In this document: piece after piece, positions 1-31,995 of the stretch
Layout: the number at the start of each line of letters is the position of its first letter
Position numbering within the stretch: position 1 is the first letter of the stretch
Origin: Macrostomum lignano
Lineage: Eukaryota
Direction: 5' to 3'
Length of the DNA stretch: 64,000 nucleotides
NCBI GenBank assembly: GCA_002269645.1
Contig: NIVC01001226.1
Span: forward strand, 62,001 to 126,000
The notes under the pieces: generated by a model
The model's input: the letters and a program-made list of their open reading frames with translations, nothing else
What the model was told of the DNA's origin: nothing
Databases searched by the model: none
Made by a program: the position numbers and the translations under genes

Positions 1-410
1 TAAAGAGACAATTAAAGAGCTAAGCAAACATAAATGGTAAGCAGGAACTTGAATTTGGTCAACTACATGTAATATTACAGGTATGAGAAACTACTGTTAG
101 TTGGAATTCGCAGTATTGAAAAGTGCTTTAAAAATGAATCCTAATTAGAAGTTGTTCCAAAACTGACGATAATCTTACAAGAATTGGAAAAAAACTGTGA
201 AAATGAGTTGCATGTTAGATTTAAATTTTTAATCACTGCTTTTTTTCAATAGTCTTCACTAATAGTGTCGACTTGCAGATCGCTGAAGCAAACCGCAGTC
301 TCACTGAAGCATGAACTTCACCCAGTCATCGCTGTTCTCGATCTCCTGCTCAAACCTGGGCGTCACTGAACTGCAGCAGTCGGCATTTGCGAAGGCTTTT
401 GTTGTACAGC

Positions 411-1216
411 ACAACAACAACAACAACAACAACAAAATACGCGGCCCCGCAAGCAAAGTCAGTTAGAGCAGGGCGCGTCAGATAGCGCGCCGCAGAGCCT
501 GGGAGCGAACGAAATCCGCTCCGTTGGCAGTGTCGGGCGCCCCAGCGTCGCACAGCAGGCAGTCCACGTATCGACGGGTTCGGGCCTGACCCCGCCTGAA
601 CGGGCCCTGCAAGGTGAGCAGCAGGACGTCCTGAACGGGTTGGGGCAGTAGCCCTCGGCCCAGATCACGTGGCCCGCCAGTTGGAGTCGCCGTCGGCGCA
701 GGATGGTGGACGGGCGCTGCAGCTTGGCCCGATCGTACAGGGCCTCGGTCCCGACGCTCTCGTCAGCTCGAAAGGCCGCACGGAGCAGCCCTGAGTGCGC
801 CGAGTCCAGCTGCCGCTCCAACGTAGCCGTCAGCGTCCACGTCTCGGCGTTGTAGAGCAGGACGGTTTTGACCACCGCCTGCCACAGCCGAGCCCTCTGG
901 CGGTCGGGCAGCGCTTCGGACTGGAGGACGGGTCGGATCGAACGAAAGGCCACCCAGGCAAGTCCTCTGCGCCGCCGGAGGTCTTCTTCCACGTGGGGCA
1001 CCAGACCGCCGAGGTAGGTGAACCGCTGGCAGCGTGCGAGCCTGGTCGTCTGCCCGTCTGCGCCGCGGCATGTCAGGTCTGCTGGGATGTCGGCCGGCAC
1101 AGTCAGCACCTCGGTCTTTAGCGTGTTGACAACCAGACCGACGCTCGATGCTACCTCGACCAACCTGTCGATCTGGCGTTGGGCGCCTCCAACAGACGAG
1201 GACAGGAGGGCGAGGT
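411..1216 (-). mobile_element. 5'-truncated RTE-type non-LTR retrotransposon (C-terminal RT region plus 3' tail)
   Basis: The minus strand reads (N)LALLSSSVGGAQRQIDRLVEVASSVGLVVNTLKTEV...FTYLG...LLYNAETWTLT...RRRRLQLAGHV, the post-YADD region typical of RTE-clade LINEs. A 1-nt frameshift near 640 restores ...PVQDVLLLTLQGPFRRGQARTRRYVDCL...RRAI* (TGA ~478-480). An (AAC)n/(GTT)n tail lies at 411-434. No TSD found. Confidence 0.85.
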
Positions 1217-3367
1217 TGCCAGTTTAAAGTGGTCCCGCAAAAGGGCCGTTGGACTACAATTTTCCTTACAATTTCTCATTTAAAATTTCCAATTGTGTAT
1301 TCTCACGTTTACTTGTAGTAGCGCGCAACTAATCTGTATCAATTGCTAAATCACTGCGTACTTTGTAAGCTTTGCGTACGGCTGTAGGGTCTTGCGCGAT
1401 CGATAATTTCTGTTTCTTGTTTTTCCCTCGGCAGCCAATGATAACTCTCCGCATATATTATGTTAACCCTCCTGCGCTCCTTTATTAACCCCGCCTGGCG
1501 GCGGGCTAGGGGTTTCTTCGCTTTTGTTCTGGCGTTCCTCCTTTTCCTTCTCTCTCTCCTTATCTCTCGCCACGGCTCCACTCTGTCTGGGCCAGACTGT
1601 CTGCGCGCTCTTGCTCTACTGTGTACTGCCACGGGCCGACGCCCAATCTCGCCCACTTTGTCTGTTTGCCTACTTGTTACTCACTGCCAACACTGTGCTC
1701 ACAGCCGTCACTTGCTACTCGGCTCCATCCCCATTATCATCATCTACTCAACTTAATCATCTATACGACTAAATTACATCAACCCATTGTTGCAGCCGCC
1801 AGTGCCCCATAACGTCATAAGCTTCTGTACGAATATTAAACATTGATAATTATAAACCAGTTGGCGTCGTTTGTTACGAGTATCTACCGCCATTGCCAAG
1901 TGCTACCGCTACAAACTCTACTCTGCCATTGTTGAGTTCACCATCCTTTTGGGACTAATAACGTCAGTACTCTCGTCAAACGGCGCTTTTGAGGGCTATA
2001 GCCACTGCTACGCCAATAACGTGACAGACAAAATTTTTCTGCTTTTTTGTTGGGCTATATTAAGCGTCCTGATTGTTTAACTGTGAATACAATAGCCAGA
2101 GCCGTAGATACGTAGAAGTCAAAGCAAAAACACTGCAACAGACAATCTTTTGAGCAGACAAAATTCTGCAGAATGCTTTTTAATTAGAGAAATTAATAGA
2201 AACAAAGCTCTATTCAAATTGCAGTTAATTTACTCCGGCCTATTGTTTTAAAAATTTAATCAGAATTCAATCTTTATAAAATTTTTATTAGAGATGACGG
2301 TTTGACTGAAGGTTCTTTTTTAACCTAATCCCATTTCAGAACTCTTCAGAATATCTGATCTCAGCTCAGTCGCAAATGCTACATGGGCAACATTTTTCCG
2401 AGTGCCTTTAAGTGATTTAGCAATGAAAAAAATATATTTCATTTCATTTCTGCATAGGCCTTGTTCTGCGTTTTTGCATATTGGTTAGTGTATTTGCTTT
2501 TACACTATTGATAGTAGTTATCAGTTGCGGAAGTGTCAGTAATTAGGGTAGTTTATAAATCAATAGCAGTTAGGCTCTCTGCAGGGAAGCTCTTAAGAAA
2601 ATTTAACCAAAGGCGTTAATGTAAACGGGGAATGGACCAGCATAGACATAGACAATTAGCTAATAATTGTGCGATAAGACGAGTCTTGCCCCCAAAGCAC
2701 AATTAAAGGGAAAATACTAGGATAATTTAGTGTAAGAACACCTTTTGTAAGTCGAAATTTTATTTTTGCTTTAAAAATTAAAATCTATATTTATATTGGT
2801 GTCCTGCCTCATTTCTTTAATCGCTAAATACTGGGATTAGGGAGTATCAAGAAACCTGGTGGCAGCGACCTAGCAAAATCAAACCAGTTAAATCCACTAA
2901 GAATAGTTAAGAACAATAAGGCAGTAGCCTAAACCGCAAGACCACGACTACACAAACATCATTGTTGCTTGCTGCTTCCCACGGCATGGGCCGTGTCATG
3001 AACAAGTCGCTGAATTATAATTCCGAAATAGTGTCGCTAATTAATAAACTCAAATTTGTCCTTCAATTAGCAGCCCACCTTGCTCTGAATAAAACCATAT
3101 ATTGTTTGAGAATAATTAAGTTCAAAAAGAGATTTTAAACAAACAAACAAAATTAATTAAATAAATATAATATTGTGTAACAGCTTTTTCAACTGTCTAT
3201 TCGCGATCATAAACTAGGCTCAAATAAGAAAATTAAAGAGCGAAAACTTTTTAATAACAAAGGAAGACAAAAGTTGAATGCTAAAAAACAATGAATAATA
3301 TTTTGGTTAAATGGAATATATTGTAGTTTATTTTGGTCTCAATGCAGCATATTGTCAGTTGATGTCT

Positions 3368-6188
<2,821 letters not shown>

Positions 6189-6839
6189 AAATAATATCTT
6201 TGCCACAGCTGAAAGTTCAAAGTGTGGAGTTGTGACATGTGAGTTCAAATAAAAAAAAGAAAAGATACAAAAAAGTCAGTACAGCTGTTGATGGATTAGC
6301 ATTAAGTTTTTTAATAACCATATTTGGACAAGAAACCTTTTTATGTACATTTTTGCTAAACTATACATTATAAAATATCAATAGGCCTAGTTATTATAAT
6401 TATTATGGTTATAAAACGATGGCCATGTCTCATACTTACAAAAAAATAAATTCAAGTTTAAGTTACCAGCTTGCTCTTGTTTACTGCTAGATGCTTTAGG
6501 ATAGTTGCATTGATAAACTTTATACTAAATATAGATAAGAAAGCATAGAAAAATTATAATTGCACTAAGATTCAAGCAGTGGAGCAGAGTGGTCAAAATG
6601 TATAAATATCCAGAAAAAATTCATGGGCTTGAAACTGGAAGGGAAGCACAATTGGATCTTTTTGACATAATACAAGACTGAATAAACCCATGTAAAGAAA
6701 CTATTTATTAATTCATTCTGTAATAAAGTTTAGCATAGAATTTAGCAAACTGCATAGAATGTTTTACAAATTAGAACTGTTATATACGCTTTCTTGGTAC
6801 ACCATGTTAATATATAAAGTAATCAGGAATGCAGCCTGA

Positions 6840-6975
6840 CTGTCCGTCTAGTCTGATCTGACGGATTGGCACAAAAAATGGCGCCACTGCTCAAGCAGAA
6901 GCTAAGGCCCGCTGCGCGCGATAAATATTAAAAGTACAGGATTTAACGCCAAATTATATCGTGGCGCCATTTACA
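6840..6975. promoter_or_regulatory. Putative promoter region with a perfect 12-bp inverted pair of YY1-like AAATGGCGCCAC sites
   Basis: AAATGGCGCCAC at 6876-6887 and its reverse complement at 6961-6972, in a local CpG-rich patch. It lies upstream of a minus-strand donor (GTAAGTATG, ending 6439) that would feed the AdipoR acceptor at 6209. Confidence 0.4.
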
Positions 6976-7977
6976 TTGACACTTGTTAAATGCAAAACAA
7001 AAAACTTTTGAAAAATACGCTATAACTATTAATACACAATTATTTTTTAGAAAAGTCTCCATCATATCGATGATACAATAAGTACAGCTACAGTTGTTTT
7101 ACTGTTCTACAGGTACTAATTTGATTTCATTTATTTATTGCTTTCCAAGAAGCAATTTGTGTCGAGCAATCGGCTATCCTTGAGTTTCGTTCGTTTAATT
7201 ATTTTCAGAGTTTTATATATATTTTTCCAGTAGCAGTAGTATAAAATACAAATATGAACATGTGCAAGCACCGTGTTGTTATATTATTTTTTATTGCAAA
7301 GTTGTACGACTATTTTTAATCAGTTTAGTCGCATCCCCAGCAATCTTTATTTCGTAAAGCCAGAAATACAAGCTAAAAAAAACATTTCAGACTCATATTT
7401 GTGTCCATAACTATGAAATAGCTAGTCGTAATATACAAACCTTTGATTTGATTTATTCTACTAGGTATCTCTAGGGAAAACCATTACTGGAAGGATAGAC
7501 TATGTAGCTAGCTACACTCCCCAACACCAATCATTAGGTATACCCGTGTGCTTAAATTAGCTGCAATTGCCAGGTCATGACCATGATGAATGAGTGGCAA
7601 GCTAGCACTAGCAGCTTTAATATTTTTACCTAGTTATAATAATATTTAGTCAACCCAATGCCAGAATTTTCTATATTATTGACTTAGCTATAAATCTACT
7701 AAACTGAATATTTTAAATTTAATGTGAAAGATCTAAATTATAATATAAAGGCATAGATTAATAATATAGTAATCTAAATCTCTACCCTAGAATTAGTCTT
7801 AGAATACTTTCTACAAAGCCAAAAATGTCTGCCAGGTTAGTAAAAGATTGTAGAAAACTTAAAAATATATATTTAGATAGACACCTAAATTTTGAGGTGT
7901 ATTGCATTATGACCACCTTAGTACTATCTACACTAAAGTTTTTACCTATAGTCAATAGAACATGATATACTTAATAG

Positions 7978-9057
7978 AGTATGGCACTTTTAACCCATGC
8001 TACTATTGGCATTCTTTCGTTATAGAAGACCCAAAAATGTGTGACTTTTGTAATGGAAGACCCATGAAAAAGTGGAAGAAATCAATCAAAAAACAAGCAT
8101 TCACTAACAAAATGAAAGCGTGGCAAAAGTTAATTCCACACAAAGTTGATGCTTTAATCAACAATGCTTAATTTCACACAAAGTTGTTATACTGTAATCG
8201 CAAGCGTTTATTCCACCAATCTCATACCCAGCCTGTCAAACTATAATACACTAGTGCCATGAGGTCACTGTGTATATACACTTTCGTTTTAGAAGACTGC
8301 AAAATATGAATATTTCTTATGGGTCTCGTGAAACGAAAGTAAGAAAGAAGCAGCGAGTAATTGGACCAGTTGACAGCCGCCTCACTCTCCAGTTGGTACA
8401 TCGTCATCAGCGACCTATATGGGGTAAATATGGATGAAAGATACTTGTACGAGTACAAAAGATTCAGAAATGCATGAAAGCAGCGTGCGCACGCACCCGC
8501 CTCACCTTCGAAAAAGAAGACCCAACTCATTTCACCTAAGTATTTACAACACGGAGGTCTTGCATTACAAAAGTAAGAGACCTTTATGTTAAACTTACTT
8601 GTTAAACTTGTTTCTGTTGAATTTCTAGACCACAATAGATTGCTAGTTTTTTCCATATCTCCTACTTTTGTTTTGGAAGACCTTTAATGGATGCTTAACA
8701 TTGTCGGTCTTTTAAAACAAAACTGTATATATCAGACATTCATAGAAAATGTACCCAAGGCCAACACAGGAAAAAAAATCATCTAAACCCTACATTTCTG
8801 CAGCTTTTGTTGCTGCTACCCCTACTACCTTCGTTTTCGAAGACCTTCAATGAAATAGTAGCTTGATGGTCTTCTAAAATGAAACTGTAATATAAACTGT
8901 AATAAAGGACACACAAAGCCATTAAGAATAAACAAACAAAATAATAGACAACAATATGTGAGCAGCTTCCTATGTTTTAGGTGGGTCTTCTTTTTTGAAA
9001 CTGCCAGCTTCCTATTTGATACATAGAGGGTCTTCTAAAATGAAAGAGTGCCCTACT
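7978..9057. other. Symmetric array of 12 copies of a ~19-bp motif (ACTTTYGTWWTRGAAGACC), possibly a non-autonomous DNA element
   Basis: GAAGAC cores forward at 8025, 8056, 8292, 8516, 8676 and 8839, and reverse at 8323, 8557, 8707, 8869, 8985 and 9030. Imperfect 11-bp terminal inverted repeat AGTATGGCACT (7978-7988) / AGTGCCCTACT (9047-9057). Confidence 0.65.
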
Positions 9058-9454
9058 ATTGTATAATCTATAATAAGTTTTTTGCTAGATTTTCTACACC
9101 ATGTCAAAGCTAAACCCTATTGAACTAATTAGCCCTTTTCATCTAGAAGTTTTAATTTCAGCCTTAGTATATTATAGAAAATATAGTATACCATATATTA
9201 GCATAGTATATGAATATAGACATTTTAGTATAAATAATTGTAACACAGCATAGAAGTGCTACTATTTAGTGATAATGCAAGGCAATATACTACTAGTATA
9301 AAAAGTCTAGCATAAGTAATATTAGTATATCATGGTATATCTAAAATTTATAGCTGTCTAGTGTACATCTATAGGTTCTTTAAATTCTCCTAATGCAGAT
9401 TTTTGAAAATTATTTTAATAAGAAAGCTGAAATTTGAAACTGCACTAGTTAGCC

Positions 9455-10070
9455 CCCATGAGCCTAAGCATCTTAGCAACTTCCCCATGAGCCTTGGCAT
9501 CTCAGCAATTCCCCCAATGGGCCTTGAAATCTTAGCAATTCCCCCATGAGCCTTGGCATCTGAGCAATTCCCCCATGAGCCTTGGTATCCCAGCAATTCC
9601 CCCATGAGCCTTGGCATCTCAGCAATTCCCTCAATGGGCCTTGAAATCTTAGCAATTCCCCCATGAGCCTTGGCATCTCAAGAATTCCCTCATGAGCCTT
9701 GGTATCTCAGCAATTCCCCCATGAGCCTTGGCATCTCAGTAATTCTCCCATGAGCCTTGAAATCTCGGCAATTCCAATAAGCTTTGGCAATTTGGCGTCC
9801 CAGCAATTCCCCCATGAGCCTTGGCATCTCAGAAATTCCCCCATGAGCCTTGAAATCTCAGCAATTCCCCCATGAGCCTTGGCAATTTGGCATCTCAGCA
9901 ATTCCCCCCCCCCATGAGCCTTGGCAATTTGGCATCTCAGCAATCCCCCCCCATGAGCCTTGGCGTCTCAGCAATTCCCCCATGAGCCTTGGCATCTCAG
10001 CAATTTCCCCATGAGCCTTGGCATCTCAGCAATTTCCCCATGAGCCTTGGCATCTCAGCGATTCCCCCAT
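9455..10070. repeat. 29-nt minisatellite (CAGCAATTCCCCCATGAGCCTTGGCATCT)
   Basis: Roughly 20 visible units; explains the ORFs at 9390-9943. Confidence 0.95.
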
Positions 10071-10448
10071 AAAGCTATGATAGGCATGATAGAAAAAGAT
10101 ACTAAACCCTATTAGCCAATCGTATCTATCTGTATGTTCTCAGCTAGTTAGTTGTAGGTTAAAATATGCAGTTTGTTTGTTTAAATTATGGTCAATATAA
10201 TTTTTGGCGCCAGTTTGACTGCGCTCAGTATTGATATAAGAAAGAATGACCTGCCAGTCAAAACTGACTGCTCAATTATTTCCAATTCGTTTTTTATGCT
10301 ATAAGAAGTATTCTCAAAAGATTGTTATCAGCTATGATAAGTGTAGTGTTGTGGGGGCGGGTGGTTACACAAAAAACTATATGGATATTTAAATACTTCA
10401 GAACGAATATATTTGAGCTACATTTCCAAGCCTTGTTTAACAGAAAGC

Positions 10449-19850
<9,402 letters not shown>

Positions 19851-20084
19851 GTTGTTTGACTCTTTTGCTGCATACTAAACAGACTACTGATTTTATTAGA
19901 GCTGTAAGTAGTAACTAAGGACTTATTGTTTTTCATTATTATTACTAGCATATTCAGAGACACCAGCTTTGCATTTTGTTTTGTCTTCCTTTATAAAATA
20001 ATGATTATTATTTAGCCGTGTTATAGGCTCTTGGACTGGTGTAGATATTCAGGAACTAAATTATAAACTTCATAATTTGTGTTA

Positions 20085-21170
20085 GAAAAACTTCAGGATC
20101 TGAGTTGTAGAACTTCAGGATGTGGGTTGAAGAACTTCAGGATCTGAGTTGTAGAACTTCAGGATCTGAGTAGATGAACTTTAGGATCTGAGTTGTAGAA
20201 CTTCAGGATGTGGGTTGAAGAACTTCAGGATGTGGGTTGAAGAACTTCAGGATCTGAGTTGTAGAACTTCAGGATCTGAGTTGTAGAACTTCAGGATCTG
20301 AGTAGATGAACTTCAGGATCTGAGTTGTAGAACTTCAGGATGGGGGTTGAAGAACTTCAGGATGTGGGTTGAAGAACTTCAGGATGTGGGTTGAAGAACT
20401 TCAGGATCTGAGTTGTAGAACTTCAGGATCTGAGTTGTAGAACTTCAGGATCTGAGTAGATGAACTTTAGGATCTGAGTTGTAGAACTTCAGGATGTGGG
20501 TTGAAGAACTTCAGGATGTGGGTTGAAGAACTTCAGGATCTGAGTTGTAGAACTTCAGGATCTGAGTTGTAGAACTTCAGGATCTGAGTAGATGAACTTC
20601 AGGATCTGAGTTGTAGAACTTCAGGATGTGGGTTGAAGAACTTCAGGATGTGGGTTGAAGAACTTCAGGATGTGGGTTGAAGAACTTCAGGATCTGAGTT
20701 GTAGAACTTCAGGATCTGAGTTGTAGAACTTCAGGATCTGAGTAGATGAACTTCAGGATCTGAGTTGTAGAACTTCAGGATCTGAGTTGTAGAACTTCAG
20801 GATGTGGGTTGAAGAACTTCAGGATCTGAGTTGTAGAACTTCAGGATGTGGGTTGAAGAACTTCAGGATCTGAGTTGTAGAACTTCAGGATCTGAGTAGA
20901 TGAACTTTAGGATCTGAGTTGTAGAACTTCAGGATGTGGGTTGAAGAACTTCAGGATCTGAGTTGTAGAACTTCAGGATCTGAGTTGTAGAACTTCAGGA
21001 TCTGAGTAGATGAACTTCAGGATCTGAGTTATAGAACTTCAGAATCTGAGTAAATGAACTTCAGGATCTGAGTAGATGAACTTCAGGATCTGAGTTATAG
21101 AACTTCAGAATCTGAGTAAATGAACTTCAGGATCTGGATTGAAGAACTTCAGGATCTCGGTTGAAGAAAT
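20085..21170. repeat. 22-nt minisatellite (GAACTTCAGGATCTGAGTTGTA) with three monomer variants
   Basis: About 48 units; variants end in -TCTGAGTTGTA, -TGTGGGTTGAA or -TCTGAGTAGAT. Confidence 0.97.
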
Positions 21171-21717
21171 AAAACATCCTCAGAAAATTTGATTCCATTA
21201 AAAATGCCTCTTCAAGTGCCAACACATTTTATTCCAGCACAAACCATTTTTTTTAGTTTCAGATACCAATGCAGATGAATTGTTAATTAATTGATTTTTA
21301 TAGTCATACGCACCATTTTTTGCAGAGTGTGCAGTGCTGCACTTCTCACGCACCAAAACCAGCGTGCAATGTCTTACTCGAGACACTCGAACTCGACCCT
21401 CTTCTGATCTGAGCTCTGTTTTGTTAAATAAGTTTTATTTTGTAAACAATTTTGATGCTTTAAATTATCTTTTGCCAGAAACTGTTGTGATCTCCTCACG
21501 CCTCTGCTTATCACGATTGTCACAATCCAAAATAGTTTGCTTTTTCTATCAAACCAGTTATTTGTTTTCACTAATTTTTCTTAATTTTAGATCAGAGTTT
21601 TGTTTGTTTTTTATATTATTGCACAATCAGTTTTGTTACTTTAATTTTTCTTAAACTCCAGTATACATATTATAGACTTAATAAACTTTACACCCTTGCA
21701 TGGTTTCTGCTTTGTTT

Positions 21718-22355
<638 letters not shown>

Positions 22356-22659
22356 CTATTTCAGTACTTTTTTATTTTTATTCCAATGCCCAACAAGTTT
22401 CTGAGCATATTTCACTACGGAGTACTTTTGAAAGCAACTTGTGCCGCTGAAGGCCAGAGATAAGAGCCCTGCTTATTAAAGCACGCCGCCAATCCACTGA
22501 GCTCAGACCAACTCTGTTTATGCTCTTAAATATACTGGCGTACTTAAAAACATTTACGTTCAATAGAGATTAAAATCTGATTTTCAGTTATACGAAATAC
22601 TTTGTTTGATATACGTCTCCGGCTTTCTGTTCTTTTAGTTGCTTTTTACACTGCTGCAA

Positions 22660-23120
22660 TACCCAGATCCTCAGTTGCTGGGCCAGCCTCCCAGATACTC
22701 CGTCTTTGGGCCAGCCTCCCAGATCCTCAGTTGCTGGGCCAGCCTCCCAGATCCTCAGTTACTGGGCCAGCCTCCCAGATCCTCAGTTGCTCGGCCAGCC
22801 TCCCAGATCCTCAGTTACTGGGCCAGCCTCCCAGATCCCCAGTTGCTCGGCCAGCCTCCCAGATCCTCAGTTGCTCGGTCAGCCTCCCAGAGTGTCAGTT
22901 ACTGGGCCAGCCTCCCAGATCCTCAGTTGCTGAGCCAGCCTCCCAGAGTGTCAGTTGCTGGGCCAGCCTCCCAGATCCCCAGTTGCTGGGCCAGCCTCCC
23001 AGAGTGTCAGTTGCTGGGCCAGCCTCCCAGAGTGTCAGTTGCTGGGCCAGCCTCCCAGAGTGTCAGTTGCTGGGCCAGCCTCCCAGAGTGTCAGTTGCTG
23101 GGCCAGCCTCTCAGATCCTC
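22660..23120. repeat. 28-nt GC-rich minisatellite (CCAGCCTCCCAGATCCTCAGTTGCTGGG)
   Basis: About 16 units; the same family recurs at 56150-56375. Confidence 0.95.
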
Positions 23121-23371
23121 GGGCTAATAAATCAATGTCTGGTTGAGTTAGCGGAGTAGTATAGTATTTAGTGCAAGGTATTCTTATAAAACATGATTAT
23201 TACTCGCAAAGAACATTAGATTTGGTGCAAATAGTTTAAGTTATGTGACAAATACTCCAGGCTAAGTAGTAAGAGTGTTAAAATTTTTATAATTTATTAT
23301 TAAAACTTGATAACTACCAGCTTTAAAATTTTTGAAATAAAAATTTGCAGTAACCATTCAGTTTAATAAAT

Positions 23372-23580
23372 CTCTGCAGTTGCTATGCAGGTATTGGGTG
23401 AATCCCAGCAGTTGCTATGCCGGTATTGGGTGAATCCCAGCAGTTGCTATGCAGGTATTGGGTGAATCCCAGCAGTTGCTATGCAGGTATTGGGTGAATC
23501 CCAGCAGTTGCTATGCAGGTATTGGGTGAATCCCAGCAGTTGCTATGCAGGTATTGGGTGAATCCCAGCAGTTGCTATGC
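23372..23580. repeat. 32-nt minisatellite (CAGCAGTTGCTATGCAGGTATTGGGTGAATCC) just 3' of the GPCR stop
   Basis: About 6 near-identical units. Confidence 0.95.
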
Positions 23581-23587
23581 TCACGCC

Positions 23588-30902
<7,315 letters not shown>

Positions 30903-31019
30903 ATTATCTGGGAAATGGCTGAATGTGAGCGCATTTGGATGCTTATTGGTTAGTTGCTAATCGGCAAATCAGAGGCGATGAGATCTGCCTGCAACTTGAA
31001 GCTTCTGTGGGAAAAGCGC

Positions 31020-31735
31020 TAAGGATAAGCTCCGAGGGTAAGCTACAGTGGTAAGCTCCGAGGGTAAGCTAACAGTGGTAAGCTCCGAGGGTAAGCTCTG
31101 AGGGTAAGCTCCGAGGGTAAGCTCCGAGGGTAAGCTCCGAGGGTAAGCTACAGTGGTAAGCTCCGAGGGTAAGCTAACAGTGGTAAGCTCCGAGGGTAAG
31201 CTAACAGTGGTAAGCTCCGAGGGTAAGCTCTGAGGGTAAGCTCCGAGGGTAAGCTCCGAGGGTAAGCTACAGTGGTAAGCTCCGAGGGTAAGCTACAGTG
31301 GTAAGCTCCGAGGGTAAGCTAACAGTGGTAAGCTCCGAGGGTAAGCTCTGAGGGTAAGCTCCGAGGGTAAGCTCCGAGGGTAAGCTACAGTGGTAAGCTC
31401 CGAGGGTAAGCTACAGTGGTAAGCTCCGAGGGTAAGCTCCGAGGGTAAGCTCCGAGGGTAAGCTCCGAGGGTAAGCTACAGTGGTAAGCTCCGAGGGTAA
31501 GCTCCGAGGGTAAGCTACAGTGGTAAGCTCCGAGGGTAAGCTCTGAGGGTAAGCTCCGAGGGTAAGCTCCGAGGGTAAGCTCTGAGGGTAAGCTCCGAGG
31601 GTAAGCTCCGAGGGTAAGCTCCGAGGGTAAGCTCCGAGGGTAAGCTCCGAGGGTAAGCTCCGAGGGTAAGCTCCGAGGGTAAGCTCCGAGGGTAAGCTCC
31701 GAGGGTAAGCTCCGAGGGTAAACTCCAAGGGCAAG
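31020..31735. repeat. 13-nt minisatellite (CTCCGAGGGTAAG) with CTACAGTGGTAAG variants
   Basis: About 50 units. Confidence 0.97.
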
Positions 31736-31764
31736 CGCCGAGGGTAAGCGGTAGGGGTAAATGC

Positions 31765-31995
31765 CGAGGAGACAGTAGAGTCGCCAAGGAGGCAGGGTTG
31801 TCGCCAAGGAGATAGGGTTGTCGCCAAGGAGACAGGGTTGTCGCCAAGGAGACAATGTTGTCGTCAAGGAGACAGGGTTGTCGCCAAGGAGACAATGTTG
31901 TCGTCAAGGAGACAGGGTTGTCGCCAAGGAGACAATGTTGTCGTCAAGGAGACAGGGTTGTCGCCAAGGAGACAGGATTGTCGCCAAGGAGGACA
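31765..31995. repeat. 20-nt minisatellite (TCGCCAAGGAGACAGGGTTG)
   Basis: About 11 units. Confidence 0.93.

Noticed and set aside
1351-2080. Several short overlapping ORFs with hydrophobic stretches
   Set aside because: No recognisable family, no consistent exon chain, and overlapping frames; cannot be supported without expression data.
7962-8656. ORFs 7962-8171 (+) and 8222-8656 (-) as genes; GAAGAC sites as BbsI cloning scars
   Set aside because: No recognisable domain or splice support. The motif is a degenerate ~19-mer on both strands, inconsistent with protein coding or an engineered site.
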